From contig OZ024758.1 of assembly GCA_964016885.1 (NCBI GenBank), positions 8,928,001 through 8,992,000 of the forward strand: a stretch of 64,000 bases of DNA. Reading direction: 5' to 3'. This stretch comes from Eledone cirrhosa (taxonomy: Eukaryota). This document shows, piece after piece, positions 12,201 through 27,100 of this stretch. How positions within the stretch are numbered: position 1 is the first letter of the stretch; the number at the start of each line of letters is the position of its first letter. The notes below the pieces were generated by a model. The model ran no database searches. It had not been told where the DNA came from and saw nothing but the letters and a program-made list of their open reading frames with translations. The translations under genes were made by a program, and so were the position numbers.

Positions 12201-15200
12201 TTCTAACAGTATATTATAACAGTATATAGCATTCTTACTTGGATCCATTCCTTCGCCATCATCAAGGAAACACATCATAAAACCACCCCGAAGACTTTCA
12301 TCTTCCACTGAAAACAAAAGAAAATAAGTTAAAGTAGATGTCATAACTATAAACCTCAAACATTTGGCAGCTTGAAGGAACACTTCCTATTTTCTAAACA
12401 AACGCTAGTATCCACCATTTTTTACTACAACTTTTATTTATATTTTTTTTCCAATAGAAAAAAATGACCATTCTTCACATACTATTTGTTTTTTCCTACG
12501 AGAAAGCTTGTAAGATCAAGGGTAGACAACTGCTCAGTATTAGAAACAGATTTCAGCCAATAGAACATAAAATTCTAATAAATAACAATTTCAGAGATAC
12601 AAGGTTTCGTATATACAGGTGAATAGAAATGGAATATTGTATTTTTTTATGATTTTCCCAAAGACATTAGAAACACAAGTTTTAAAAAATATCGACCACA
12701 ATCAGCATCACAGGCTTTGTGCTGTGGCATTGATCACATGATTAATATATTATGGCCAGTAACAAAGACACACGTGAGACCAAAGGTTGACCGAGGGGAA
12801 GGGGCTAGTTGACAAATTCTACTTTTTTTTTTTCTTGTTGATACTGTATTTCCCAGTGTCGAAGCCGCTACATTTTTCCTAAAAGAAGTCTCAAAAATCT
12901 ACCTCCTAGAGGCCGAAGGTGTTTATTGATTTTTTTTTCAAATTTTTGGTTGTCAAAATTAGGGTGTGTCCTCAAGGACGAAGTGTCTTCGGCGTCGGGA
13001 AATACGGTAATTATAATTAAACCATGTACGTGTGTATATCTAAAACCAATACATAAATTCTATGTATTTAACACTGATTGCTAAAATATATATTGAACAG
13101 TTGGAATGGGGACTGCATTACCAACTTTGTAAACCTTCTAGCACAATACTTATGAGACTTCTTCTACTCAGTTTTTCTCTTAGTTCATCCAAGCTCTCTT
13201 ACATTAACATTGCACATCCATCAAAGCATGCTAGCTTAATTTCTTTCCAGCCTGCACATATCGTCTGCTATCACTACCCATCTTTCACAGTCATTCAGCA
13301 TAGCATTTCACACACAGGCGACATACAGCCGGCCTTTCATTGGGAAGGAGAAACCTTTTGTTGTCAACAATAGAATGTTATTTAGGCAATATTTGATTGC
13401 TTTTTCTAACAGGTTGAACACTCATATAGAGACTCCCTCTGATGGTTGTAGTGTTGATGATGTTTGTAGTGTTGATGATGGTGGTAGAGTTGAGGTTGTT
13501 GCTGAATAGTCTAAGTTAACAGATGAAAAAGACTTTTATAAGGCAGAAATCTTGATCAGTTAACAAGGAAAATTTCAATACATGTTTGTCATTATAATAA
13601 CTGAAAGGTGGTTCATTGGACTTTACAATATTATAGTTCTGTTCTTCTTACTGGGAATAGTGCTTCAGATTAACCTATGGCACTCACCAAAGAATCAAAA
13701 TTGAACATTTATTATGATATTGATTACTTTTACCCAGACTCACTTGCAACATTTTTTTTATAGGAGCAGACTATAAGTTCTTGAATCAACTCCAGTTTAT
13801 AACAAATAGATATTTGATCAAACCTAAGAGATGATTATATTATATGCTCATTCAAGCTGAGCACCTAACCTCTCTCAGTTCAAAGACCGAACGGTGTGGT
13901 GAAAAGCCACATCCTACACAAGGTGCCTCTGATATGGCTATCATAGGATAGTCTAGCAGAACAGGTCGGATCTAGAGCAGTAAGCCTTGATAAAAATCGT
14001 GCCTTTCCCTTAGTAAACAGTAGCTCATGTGATGATCATCAGTTTAATTAGATGACATCAGCATCATGAATACTAGTGGCTTTGCAGATGGACTATTAAT
14101 TTAACAATGGGTTGGCACAACTGCTCCAGTTAACAGAAATCTATGAGTATGCAGATGTGGTGAGCCTCATATATTTTAGCCATTAGAAAAAGCAAACTGA
14201 ATGCTTCACCTTCGAAGGAGGGTTGACTCAAGAGGCAGCAGAAGAGATAAGTGGCCGAAACTGAGTATTTGAGTTCAGAATGAGACTAAATACTGCAAAG
14301 CATTTCAGTCAATCATTCTATAGTTTCTGTCAAATTGTCGCCTTAAATCAATTTAAGGTATTTTTCTACATTTCAACACTTGAGAAATAAAGTTACTTAC
14401 GCGTATAGATATTCATTTTCGTGGCTGAAGCATCTCTGAAAAACATATTCAACAGAGTGAGAAATAAAACAAAATATAAGCATATCAGCATATTATTTAT
14501 TTTGAGACAATACCTTAATATCAGTATGAGTGGCCGGTTACAGCCAGTTTGAACAGAAAGAGGTGAGAGAATTCTGGCGGGATACAGCCGGTTTAAATGC
14601 TAAAGGGTTAAGCAGTTGAGTTGTTCTACAGTGTATGTTTATTGAGTATGAACATATTAAGTTATTTACAATTTATATATACTGATGCAGCCAGTACCCA
14701 CTATAAGGTGGTTGGTGATAGGAAGGGCAATTTACGATACAATCATGGCAGATCTCCATGATGGTGTAAAACGCGAGGTGGAAAGCTGAAAACATACAAT
14801 GTTATATAAAAATATTAAGTGGAGGACACCAAAGTGTTGCACAGTCAGATTGAATTTTGGTACCATGTGATTGGGAAGGAAACTACTTACTTACGCAGCT
14901 TAAATCTTTTGTTGTGTTAATGGCACAACCGTCCTAGTTTTGGTGATCTACACGATAAAGGCACCCAGTACACTCAGTAAATTGGTTGGTGATAAGAATG
15001 GCATGAAGCCATAGAACACCTGTTAGGGAAACACTTCAGCTATGTCAAAGACATGACAACCTCCCCAGTACTGGTTCCATAATTGTTTCTACTTTAGGCA
15101 CAAGGCCAGCAATTACCCAGTGCATTACTGGTACTTTATTTTATCGACCCCGTAAGGATGAAAGGCAAAGTCAACCTCGGCGGGATTTGAACTCAGATCG

Positions 15201-15423
15201 TAAAGGGACGTAACTATGCTGGAAAGCATGGCGTCCGATCCTCTACCGATACTGCCAATCCACCGCCAGCACTGGTTCCATAATAAAACGCACCTGTTAG
15301 AGTGTGTGAACATATATAAGCAAGATGTAGGCTCCCAACCTATCAGAGAAGTCAGTAGTTCTGTTGAGTACTGACTTTGTAAAGACCCATTCAGCTCTTG
15401 CTGGCAGAGAAGACAAATGTTAA

Positions 15424-15455
<32 letters not shown>

Positions 15456-18400
15456 ACACACATGAATGCAATCAATATTCATTACTTTTACTCCTAGCTC
15501 TAATCTGCTTCCATGCTCTCTAGTGCAAACTTAAGTAAACTCTTGATACAACAACAATATGTCAAAACTAGTTGGGCAGTTCTCAGGTTCGTCCTCAAAT
15601 GAGAACCTTGTAGTTAGCCACAAGGTCTAATTACACAATAGGGCTGAATATAAATATTTATTAAGCATATGCATGTGAACTTATATGTGTGATGTCAGGT
15701 GATGTAAATTTCATGTTGAGATTTCCTCTCTAAGGGGAAATAACTCCTTGAAAGGGATGTAGCTCAAAAGGTTAACTTAGCCATTTACCAAAAAGAGATA
15801 GATGAAATGAGTCCCAAACTAGGACCGATATATTTGACTAAAACCAGTAAAGAATAAAATATATTGTAGCCTATACATGTGCACATGTGTATGCATGATT
15901 ATACAGTTTTCTGGGCCTCCAGGATTTGTGGTAAGAAGAGAGAAAATTATCTGGTTGGAATGCTTGAAACAGTGTGTACCGGGCCTCCAAGACTGATGGC
16001 ATCCAGTTGTAGAAACCATGCCAGAAATGGTCATCTGATCTTTGTCTCCCAAGAGGATAACTCGACTAACCCATGCCAGCATGGAAAATGGATGTTAAAT
16101 GATAATGATTCAACTCAAAAAATAATTACACCAAGTCCTATATTACAGCTAACCATTTTGCTATTTTGTGCCTGGTTCCATTTTCTGGCCAGATGATGTA
16201 GCACCTAGCCATTTAGGATTCCCTCAAACTGAAGACATGAAATAATCAGGTGACTGACAGTTGATCTTCGGTTTTATTTTAAGAAAAGAAATGTAAGCAG
16301 AGAGAGTTGAAAAAGAATTCAGCTTGAGATAAGTATTAGTCTAATTAAGAAAGGTTCGGGAGGTGAGGTATGACAGGGTTTAGAACAAACAATTTTAGCA
16401 CCAAGGAATTTATTTTAAGTATTAAATGACTTAAGTTTCAGAGAGCTGGTACAATGTGGTAGAAATATATAAAGGGCCAAGGATTACGAATAAAACAAAA
16501 CATATACCCAGGATATTTCAACATATTTCATAGCCACAATGGTACTATTACAATTCCATTGGGAGTTTTGTGTTTAGAATAAGATATATGGAGGTAGTAG
16601 TCAATTCGGACAATGGGAAATAAAAGTTAGTAAGTAGTTTAGTGAACAGAAATGTAGAAAATGAAGGAGTAGCTAAGAAACATAGTTCAAACAATTACAA
16701 AGTAATATCAAACATGGGAAATGTGACTAAACAAGTAAATTATCAGAAATAAAAAAAACATTCTCTAATGTGAGGTGGGGGCGGAGGTGACAAGTGTAAT
16801 TGGAAACTAAATCAAGGGAGTGTATAACATTAAAGTACTTAAAATAAACCAAATAACTCTGATATGATAGGACAAGAAGTCATTGCATATTAAAAAAGAT
16901 ATTGAAAAAAAAAACCCGGGACCATTTACTCAATAGGAAATAAATTTAATCTTTTCGTGACCGTATTTCTAATGAAATACACTCTATTTTATAATTAATG
17001 AAGAATTTTAAGGGATTTACTTAGATTATTAATTATTTCATTACTAAGATAGTAACTTTCATAGAACCTGAGCCGGTTTTGACCAGCCTGGTAACTTAAC
17101 TCTTTAGCCTTTACATTACTCTATATATACTATTATATTTTCATGGTAAAGGCTTTACCTCACATAATATCGAATCTGAGATTTTGATGTTATTTATTTT
17201 GAAAACAATACCTTAACATCAATATGAGCAGTCAGGACGGCCAGTTTGAACAAAAAGAGGTGAGAGAATTCTGGCAGGATGTGGCCGGTTTAAATGCTAA
17301 TGGGCTAAAGGGCTAATACAGAAGGTGAACTTCAAATAATCTATTTAAGTAAGTTAATTAATTCTTTAAAAAACAGAAATAGTTTTATATCTGGATACAA
17401 AAACAAAGAACAATTAAGCTGATTTGATATGGAGAGGTGACCAGATGACCTGAATCATGCTTGACATTAAAAATGTGATAACAAGAAAAAAGATATGTTT
17501 GTAAACAAGTCAATAGAATATTATCTACACTCATGGTGACACAATAAAACCCCATACTCAGTATACTTTGTAAAGTGGTTCATAATAGGAAGGTGGCATC
17601 ACAAGAAAATAAGCCCAGAATATGCTGTGAAGTGGTTGGCATTAGAAAGAGCAGACAGCCATAAAAATCATGCTAAAATGGAATGTATGAGCAAGGCAGA
17701 GTTGTCTGACCTGTCTGTCTAATCTTAGAATACGACAACCCATCCAACCCTTGCAAACTAGACATGTAATGGTGATGATTATATAGAGTAGCATGTACAT
17801 CCACAAAAATAACCATTATTTATGGAAAAGAAAGATAAAAGTTAAAATATAAATACCTGGAGTTGTCCACTAGTTCAGCCAAAGCACCAAAGAGGAATTC
17901 ATGGGTTGTTCTGAAATAGAAAAAATGTTTTTAAAAATTTAACTAAAAGAAATATCTAATGCAGTGATTTTAATGTAGGGCACACACCTCACAGGGGGAC
18001 ATACCTTACAGAGGCACATACCTCATAGGGGGACATACTTTACAGAGGCACATACCTCATAGGGGGACATACTTTACAGAGGAACATGCCTCACAGGGGC
18101 ACATGCCTCAAAGAGGAACATGCCTCACAGGGGCACATGCCTCACAGGGGCACAATTTGAATTTGAGTAAAGCAAATTTTTTAAATAAATTTTTCTAAAT
18201 TTTACATATCTTTTCAACAGCAAATGTTTTTATATTGAGGGGAACATTCCATTTTTAAGGTGCATAATAGAGTAAAAAAGATTAAAAACTACTGATCTAG
18301 GGGTATATTTTTGTACTTTTAAAGTTTTTAATATATAAAAGTAACTGTACGAACATCCAAAGTAGTTGGTTACAATTTTGTACCTAGGTGAAGTAGATGA

Positions 18401-21110
18401 AATGTTGCATGGGAGTACATCTTTTTAAGAAGGTCATAGTGTATGTGACATTTTTCCTGAAATTTGTTCTTATCACCTCACATAAAAATTAAGAAAAAGT
18501 GTATGCCCCTAACACTGCAATAGATGTTGAGAAAAGTTACTAATCAAAAATATAATTAATTTAGAATAATTATGTAAATAAAATGCAACAGTATAATATA
18601 TAATGTCCTATATTTGATTAAGTTTTGCACTTGAACCATTTCCTGAATTGCTTAGATGCCACAATTCTGAGTAAATCAATCAATATTCTAGAAGCAATCA
18701 ACATATGGTGAAGAGGACCTTTTAATCTTACTGAGAGTATAACAACCTCAATAGTGCTGATGCCACAAAAAAATGCTCCCAGTACACTCTGTAAATTGGT
18801 TAGATTGGGAAGGATATCCAGACATAGAACCATGCCAAAAATAGAATATCAAGTATGATGTGGTCCTCTGACCCAACTAGGAAGGTAATAACTTCAAATA
18901 AGAACTGATTCAGACTATAATAACCAGTTCAATCCCTGCCAGCATTGAACATGAAATGATGGAAATGATTAATTAGTCATAGATATTTGTATGTTTTCCC
19001 AGAATGGTTAGATTGATACAATGATGTTCAGATTTAACTAATGTACACACAATGTCCATTAGTGGAGAGAATATCCCAGGTTTCACTGCAGAGAGAAAGT
19101 AATTGGAAAAAGTGTTTAACACACAATTTGAAGTATAGGAAACACTAGGGATAAAGAGAAGGGTGACAGTCAAATTGAGAGGACTTGGATGGAGATGGTA
19201 CATAGATAGTTCAGATGTGCAAAGGCTATGTATTAGATGAAGAAGAAGAAGAAAAAGAAGAAAAGGAGTCTATATTGTATCGTCCAGATGAATGAATGTT
19301 TGCCAGTTAGTTCAATGGCCTTCTTTTGGGTGTAAGTACAAGCTGCTTGAGTGTGTAGCAGCAACAATGTCCAAATATGTGAACAGTACTTCAATCATCA
19401 TCATCATCATCATCATCATCACCGTTTTACGCCCGTTCTTCCACGCTAGCATGGGTTAGATGGGTTGTGGGCAGTGTCCAGTCGGCTGGCCTTGTTTTGC
19501 TCATAGACGAACTGATTCTGGCTTGATTTCTACAGCTGGATGCCCTTCCTAACACCAACCTCATTTACAGTGAGTGCTGGGTGCTTTTTTTCCGTGGCGC
19601 CTCCACGTCCACTTTACAATGTGGGCTGAGTGCTTTTACCTCCACGACCACTTTGCAGTAGAATGATAGTCCTATCATCTCATTTCTACAGCTGAGTAAA
19701 CTGGAGCAATGTGAAATAAAGTGTCTTGCTCAAGGAAACAACACATCATCCGGTCCGAGAATTGAACTCACAACCTTTCGATTGCAAGCCCAATGCTCTA
19801 ACCACTAAGCCATGTGCCTCCATTAATGTGGATTGTAATTCAGCTTTGTGGTCAGTAGCATATTAATCTTTTCTTTAGATAGATGTGTGAGCAACAGTAT
19901 CCCAAATATACTCCAACTGAGCTGAAGCCATTACAAAATTTTTGATTCACAGTTAAAGCTATTTTCATTTCAGTTATGACTTTTTAGACAAACATGAGCA
20001 TCATAACACCCTCATTCAGGTAACCTGTTAGAGGCTGATTGGCTGATTATGCATCAGCCTCAGTCCAAGTGACATTCTATTGAATTCACTGGTCACTTCT
20101 TTCCAGCCAGAGTCATTTAGATGCCCTCTCTGCTGCTTTTATATTGTCTTGAGGGTTCACTCCTATAATACTCAGGGTTCTGCAGGCCTTACGAAAGGAA
20201 TGACCTACAGATCTGCCTATATCGCCTGGCATTTCTCCACTTGTTCATGTGGTAGTCTCTCCACTAACTGTAACTTTGCTCCTTTCCTTTCTTGTATCGT
20301 CTACATCCTCTCCTCCTAGGTAACAGTTAGCTCCAGTAAAATAACCAAGAGGAATATTAACAAAAAGGAGTAATAAAGATTTTTTAAAAAAGCAAAGATA
20401 ACAGTAAATCTTTTACTCCAGAATAAATTTGGAATCTGGCCAGGTTTCTATGGCTGGATTCCCTTCCCAACACCAATCACATTTACAGTGTAGGCTGTGG
20501 ACTGGGGTAGGAGAGATGCATGGGGATTGAAGAGGTAGATCTAGGGTGGAGCACTTATTTGGTGAAGTGTTGGGTGTAGGAACATGTATCATCAACAGCC
20601 AATTTCTGACAATATGAAATAAAGTATTTTGCTTATAAATACAATGCACCTCCCAGTTGAGATATCGAACCTTATGGTCATGAGTCCAACACCCTAACTA
20701 CTAGCTTTTAGAGATATTTTTGTAATAAAAAAACCTATTAATTTGTGCTTTTAGTCATAGAACCAGTAACAGTTTTAAGATATATTTCTAAATTGAGTTG
20801 ATTATCTCACATTTGACATGAAATGTTTAGATGAAACTGTATCTATGAGAATTTCCACTACATAAAAGCGCCCAATCCACACTTTAAAGTGTTCATGCAG
20901 GTGTCACTACAAAAAACACCCAGACCACGTTGTTAAGTGGTCATTTTAGAAATATGTAAATAAGATACGTTTACTCTTTACATATATAAATGTTTGTATA
21001 TCCATCCACATTTCTGCAGCTTTGGTTAAACCCTGGATTGTTTATATACAAATATGATTTGGAGTATGCTTTAGCTAGTTAAAGCCCAGTTTAATGTGCA
21101 TGTGAGTGTG

Positions 21111-21144
<34 letters not shown>

Positions 21145-24100
21145 CTTCTGTATCTTCTCTTCACATTTGACATGTGCAGGCAGTGACATTTCTTTATGTT
21201 CCCCATAAATAATATGTCCTACAGTCTAGCAGTTTGGCATGTGAAAATCAATAGCGTTATTAAATATAATGGCCACCACCCCCACCCACCCCCATCCCGG
21301 ACCACATCTATCGGAGCAGAGTTGGCTGTCAATGGGTGCAAGTTCCACTTGGTGGAGTGGCTGTTTCAGTGCCTCTCCCTCGCCGTCCTCCAGAGCAATG
21401 TCTTCTCCATCCTGTTGACAGGGACCATAAGGTGGACGACATTTTAGGGAACATGATTTCTACCAATAGACACTTAGTTATTTTCCCTATGGTTATATGG
21501 GCTAACAAGTTGTACTACATACAGCCTAGTAATAGTTAGTATCAGGAAGGGCATCCAACCATAGAATACTGCTTCGAAAAAGTCTCATCCAACTCATGCT
21601 AGAATTATAATAGAGGAGAAGGAGGGTATCCTGAGAAAATTTAGAATTGAATGTAACTTGAATGTAGGCAAAAGTTCCCTGCTAAAACAGCTAGCTATCT
21701 TAAAGAGTTAACATTCCAGCAGACTGAGAAAAAATGTTTATATTGTAATTTTGTCATGTTAAAAATTTGGCACTACCCACTTACTACAGACTTGTAACTA
21801 GGCTATCTATACTGGATATGGCATCATCTGATAATAATAGTATCCTTGTTTCAAACATTTAGACTTCATCTGAGCTGGCTAGCTAAAATAAACTGCCTAC
21901 TGACCTGCTTATAGTATAAGCTATACTACTCATAACTACAGCCATTTAAATAAACAGACCAGCAACAAGCTTGTGTTTAAACAAACAAATGTTGATCAAC
22001 TTTCATTGAATGAGCAGCTAAATATGGGACATAGTGAAAGAGATTTCTTTTAAGTTCCTTTCAATGTTATATTTAAATAGTGCTCAAATTAGAACAAAGC
22101 TACAGATTTTCTAGAGAATAAACCCTAATACATGATTCAGGATATATAAATATAATTATTAAATTATTTAAAGTAATGAAGGTGGGTGAGATGGTAGAAT
22201 GACAGGCTTAATGTTTATATTTGTCAATCCTACAGAAATTGTCTTGACTTTTCATCTTACCCAAGCAGCAATTTATTCAATTATATCTCTCCAATATAAT
22301 AATTGGCAAGTCTTGTGTTTAAGTAACGTTGGTATAAAACTATTGAAATATTGGGGCACCAGCAAAAACCTAGTTTACATGCTGTAAAGTGGTGTTAAGA
22401 AAGGCATCCAATCATGTTAAGCAAGCCAAAAATGGAACATATAAACAAGACATGGTCACCTGACTCGGAACATGACAATCCTTCCAGCTCATGCAAATAT
22501 GGAACTTAGACAATAAATGGTGATAGTGATAATGTCTTGAAACAATATTTCTAATGAAAGACCTTGCCTGTGTTTTTCAAATAATTTTTAAATAATCAAG
22601 AATTTGGAGAGATTTAGTAATATAACTTTCTTGTTATTAAGTTGATGTTTGAAACATAATTTAAAGGACATCCAGTCATAGAAACCAAACCTAAAACGGA
22701 ACATACAAGCAAGATATGGTCATCTGACCAAACTAGCATCAGTACCTGACAATCCATCTAACCTATGCACTAGTATGGAAACTAGGCGTTAAACAGTGAT
22801 GATGATAAAGATAATGGTTTCTCATTTAGGCACAAGGCCAGGGGGAGCGGGGGTCAATTAGATCGAACCTCCGTGCGTTACTGGTACTTTATTTTATCGA
22901 ACCATAAAGATGAAATGCAAAACGAACCCTGGCAGAATTTGAACTCAGAATGTGATATATTGCAAAGCATGTTGTCCGATGTTCTGTCAATACTGCCCAT
23001 ATACAAGCAGTGATGATGATGATGATGATAATGATGATGTGCATTAAAGGATACAAAAAGTAGAATAAAGAATTAATTTTGAACAATGAAAAACTATCAA
23101 GTGAAATTATTAAACAAGCAGTATTTTTAACTACATCCTTTTCTCCAAGTTAAAACAAAAAAATGTCAAATTAAATGTCACAGATGTTATTAACTCTAAC
23201 TTTTCCAAATTAATAGAAGTTAGTAAAATTCTGACTTCTTTAGTAATAATTTATCATGTCCCGGTGATGATGGTGGTGGCAGTGGTGGTAGTGATGATGG
23301 TGGTGGTGGAAGTGATGGTGGTGGCAGTGGTGGAAGTGATGGTGGTGGCAGCGATGATGGTGGTGGTGGAAGTGATGGTGGTTGTGGTGGTAGTGATGGT
23401 AGTGATAGTGGTCGTGGTGGTAGTGATAGTGGCAGCGATGATGATGGTGGTGGAAGTGATGGTGGTCGTGGTGGTAGTGATGGTGGTCGTGATGGTAGTG
23501 ATAGTGGTCGTGGTGGTAGTGATAATGGCAGCGATGATGATGGTGGTGGAAGTGGTGGTAGTGATAGTGGCAGCGATGATGATGGTGGTGGAAGTGATGG
23601 TGGTCGTGGTGGTAGTGATGGTGGTCGTGATGGTAGTGATAGTGGTCGTGGTGGTAGTGATAATGGCAGCGATGATGATGGTGGTGGAAGTGGTGGTAGT
23701 GATAGTGGCAGCGATGATGGTGGTGGTGGAAGTGATGGTGGTCGTGGTGGTAGTGATGGTGGTCGTGATGGTAGTGATAGTGGTCGTGGTGGTAGTGATA
23801 ATGGCAGCGATGATGATGGTGGTGGAAGTGGTGGTAGTGATAGTGGCAGCGATGATGGTGGTGGTGGAAGTGATGGTGGTCGTGGTGGTAGTGATGGTGG
23901 TCGTGATGGTAGTGATAGTGGTCGTGGTGGTAGTGATAGTGGCAGCGATGATGATGGTGGTGGAAGTGGTGGTAGTGATAGTGGCAGCGATGATGGTGGT
24001 GGTGGAAGTGATGGTGGTCGTGGTGGTAGTGATGGTGGTCGTGATGGTAGTGATAGTGGTCGTGGTGGTAGTGATAGTGGCAGCGATGATGATGGTGGTG

Positions 24101-27100
24101 GAAGTGGTGGTAGTGATAGTGGCAGCGATGATGGTGGTGGTGGAAGTGATGGGGTCGTGGTGGTAGTGATGGTGGTCGTGATGGTAGTGATAGTGGTCGT
24201 GGTGGTAGTGATAGTGGCAGCGATGATGATGGTGGTGGAAGTGGTGGTAGTGATAGTGGCAGCGATGATGGTGGTGGTGGAAGTGATGGGGTCGTGGTGG
24301 TAGTGATAGTGGCAGCTCCACCATAACGATAATGATCAATCGGAAGAACACCAATCCTCCAAATCGAACCAAAGAAACTGTCTCTATTAGTCTTTCCTAT
24401 ATCTGGTACTATCTGGTAGTCACAGTTCCTGACACGAGAGTTACCATTTTTTTGTTTGGTTTTGTTTTTCTCAGTAACAGGAGACAGGATTTGAATTCAA
24501 TATACACAGAGCTATAACTGGTATCACAAAGTACCCAGAACAATTCTGCTAATCCATTGCCCCTGGATGGTACTTTATTTATTAACCTGGAAAGGATGAA
24601 AGCCAAAGTTGACTTAGGCAGAATTTGAGCATTGAGAATGGGAACATCACCGTTTTTACATCCGTTTTTCCACACTTGCATGGGTTGGATGGGTTCTTTT
24701 CAGCACAGCATCTCTTCATTCACCGTGTTCCTTCATCATCTTCTCTGTGAGTCCCAGAGATTTAAGATCAGCTCTCACCACCTCTGCCCAGGTCTTCTTT
24801 GGTCTACCTCTAGTGCAGCTTCCTTCCACTTCTTCACCTTGCTATCATTATCCATACCAACAGTCTTCTCTCCTGCACACCACATCAGATTCCTCTTAAA
24901 CCCAGTTTCTTCCTCAGTTCATCCAAGCTCTGCCTTTCTTTTACATTTACATTGAAAATCCAACAAAGCTTGGCATAGTTGCTCAAATACTGCAAATCAT
25001 TCTTTCCAACACTTTAACAACTCTGCTAATTTACTTAAGTATCTTAAATCTCAGCAACTTCAATCAATACAAAATATAAAGATATTGGAATTTATCAATA
25101 TTGAAGAATCTTGTTATTCTTTTAAATGTTATTTTTTACCTCTAACATTTACATAAACAGTACAGAGATCAAATAACACACACCAGAAGAAAGGTTAATA
25201 TAAAATCAACAACCACAAGTGGTCAAGTTCAAGTTTCATAGCTTTTAAACTCTTGAATTTCAAGTTAATACTATGGTATTACATATCCAATCCAGAGCCT
25301 TCTAAATCCTTTTTTTTTAGAGGAACCCCTCCCTGGTTGACCTCCACCATTTTCTGTTTGATTTTGGTTATGTCAAGGGTGTAGCCATACTCACCACACT
25401 TAGCTAATTGCAGGTTGGTGAGGCTATTTAACCCATAGTTGAGGTGAATGGTCGTTGACTCTGAGTTCATCTGCCCTTTTAACAGCTTGTTTTTTGTGCT
25501 GCTACTGGGGTTCAACTTACCCTCCTCACCAGAACAGAGTCTGGTGGGGGAGCCTGTTTAGTTACCAATCACTTGACCATGATACTTCAAAGATAGAAGT
25601 CTTTTCTTTACATTACTTTCAAAGTTCCCGTCATGTAAATCAACAACCTTGGAAACTTGATATTAAACTACCAGCGTAAAAATAGTCTTCCTGTCCTATA
25701 GCTACGAAGATTGGCTAAAATCAGATCAATATACCCCATCTTACATAATTCCCACTGAATTATAGAAGGTACCTACTGTATATACTCAAATATAATCTGA
25801 TATGAATATAAGCCAACCCCACTATTTTATGTCTGAGAAATGGGCAAAAATTCCAAACTTTATTTACATAGAATTTAAAATTGGTTAAAATATTGACCCG
25901 GAATATAAACCAACCCACCCACCCCTTCTACCATCGATATTTTGGTTACATTTTCCTTGGCTTATTTTTGAGTATATATGGTAATTCATAGAATATCAAG
26001 ATATCAGCAGCCAAAATATTAATTTGCTACCTTCATACTAGGAACTGAGTTTAACTACTCGACATTAAAAACTCTTAGTTTTCTACACCAGGATTTACAC
26101 CAGCAGAGTATTTCCTTCATAAACTAAAAGCAAGTAAAATAAGTATGATTATCATATAGAATTATTAATCATTTTATCTATTTATATTAGGCCAATGTTA
26201 AAATTATTAAGTTTTTAGTCAAATTGACATTGCCAAAACACGTTAAACATATCTATAAAACCTATTATTTTAATTATTAAATCAAAGTTAGCAGGTTTCC
26301 AGTTTAGAACATTTCATTACTGAGTCAAGGAAAATAATTCAATAGGAAAGATGACTTTCAAATGTTTTGTATATGAAAAATAGGTAACAATTATGTCTGA
26401 AAACAACCATTAAACCCAAAATGCTTTTTATAACATCAATTCAATATTAATGCACAAGTCAACAACCAACAGCTGTTTTAGATTAGATACAGATGTTCCT
26501 GTTTATAGAACATAATAAACTTAGCAATTCAAGTTTCAACTTGGTTTGATGAAACAGAGCATTATATAAAACAAGCTGCTGCTTGCCAACTGGCACAAAA
26601 CAGTTTAGATGTTGAATACAAGTTGTGTGATTGATATTACATTCTGCTGGAGACAGTAATAAATTCTAAAAGTACATTGAACTATTCAGTTGTAGTTGTC
26701 AAAGAAAGAGGGGGGGGGGGGTTAGAATATTATTATGGGTAAAGACATACCAAGTTGTAGTTGTTAGAGAGAGGAGAGTGCTAGAATTTTGTTATAGGTA
26801 AAGACATACCAAGTGTCAGTCTTATGGAAAAACAGGAAACCAATTTCAAAACTCAATAGACCTCAATAACAGACAAGTACTTCAAGTAGGACAATTTAAA
26901 ATATCCATTATAGACTGTGAATGTGACTAAAATATATTATACACAATGTCATCTATTCTGTTCTCTATCTACATACATTGATAACAGTCTTTCGGAATGT
27001 AAAAGAATAATTAATATTAATAATTAAAATGCACCGAGAACACCCTATAAGGTTGTTGATAATAAGAAGAGTATTCAGCTGTAGAAACCATGCCAAAGAT

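Noticed and set aside
23254-24372. 372-aa Thr/His-rich and 300-aa Val/Met-rich ORFs
   Set aside because: Both are translations of a trinucleotide array; no domain or convincing splice context
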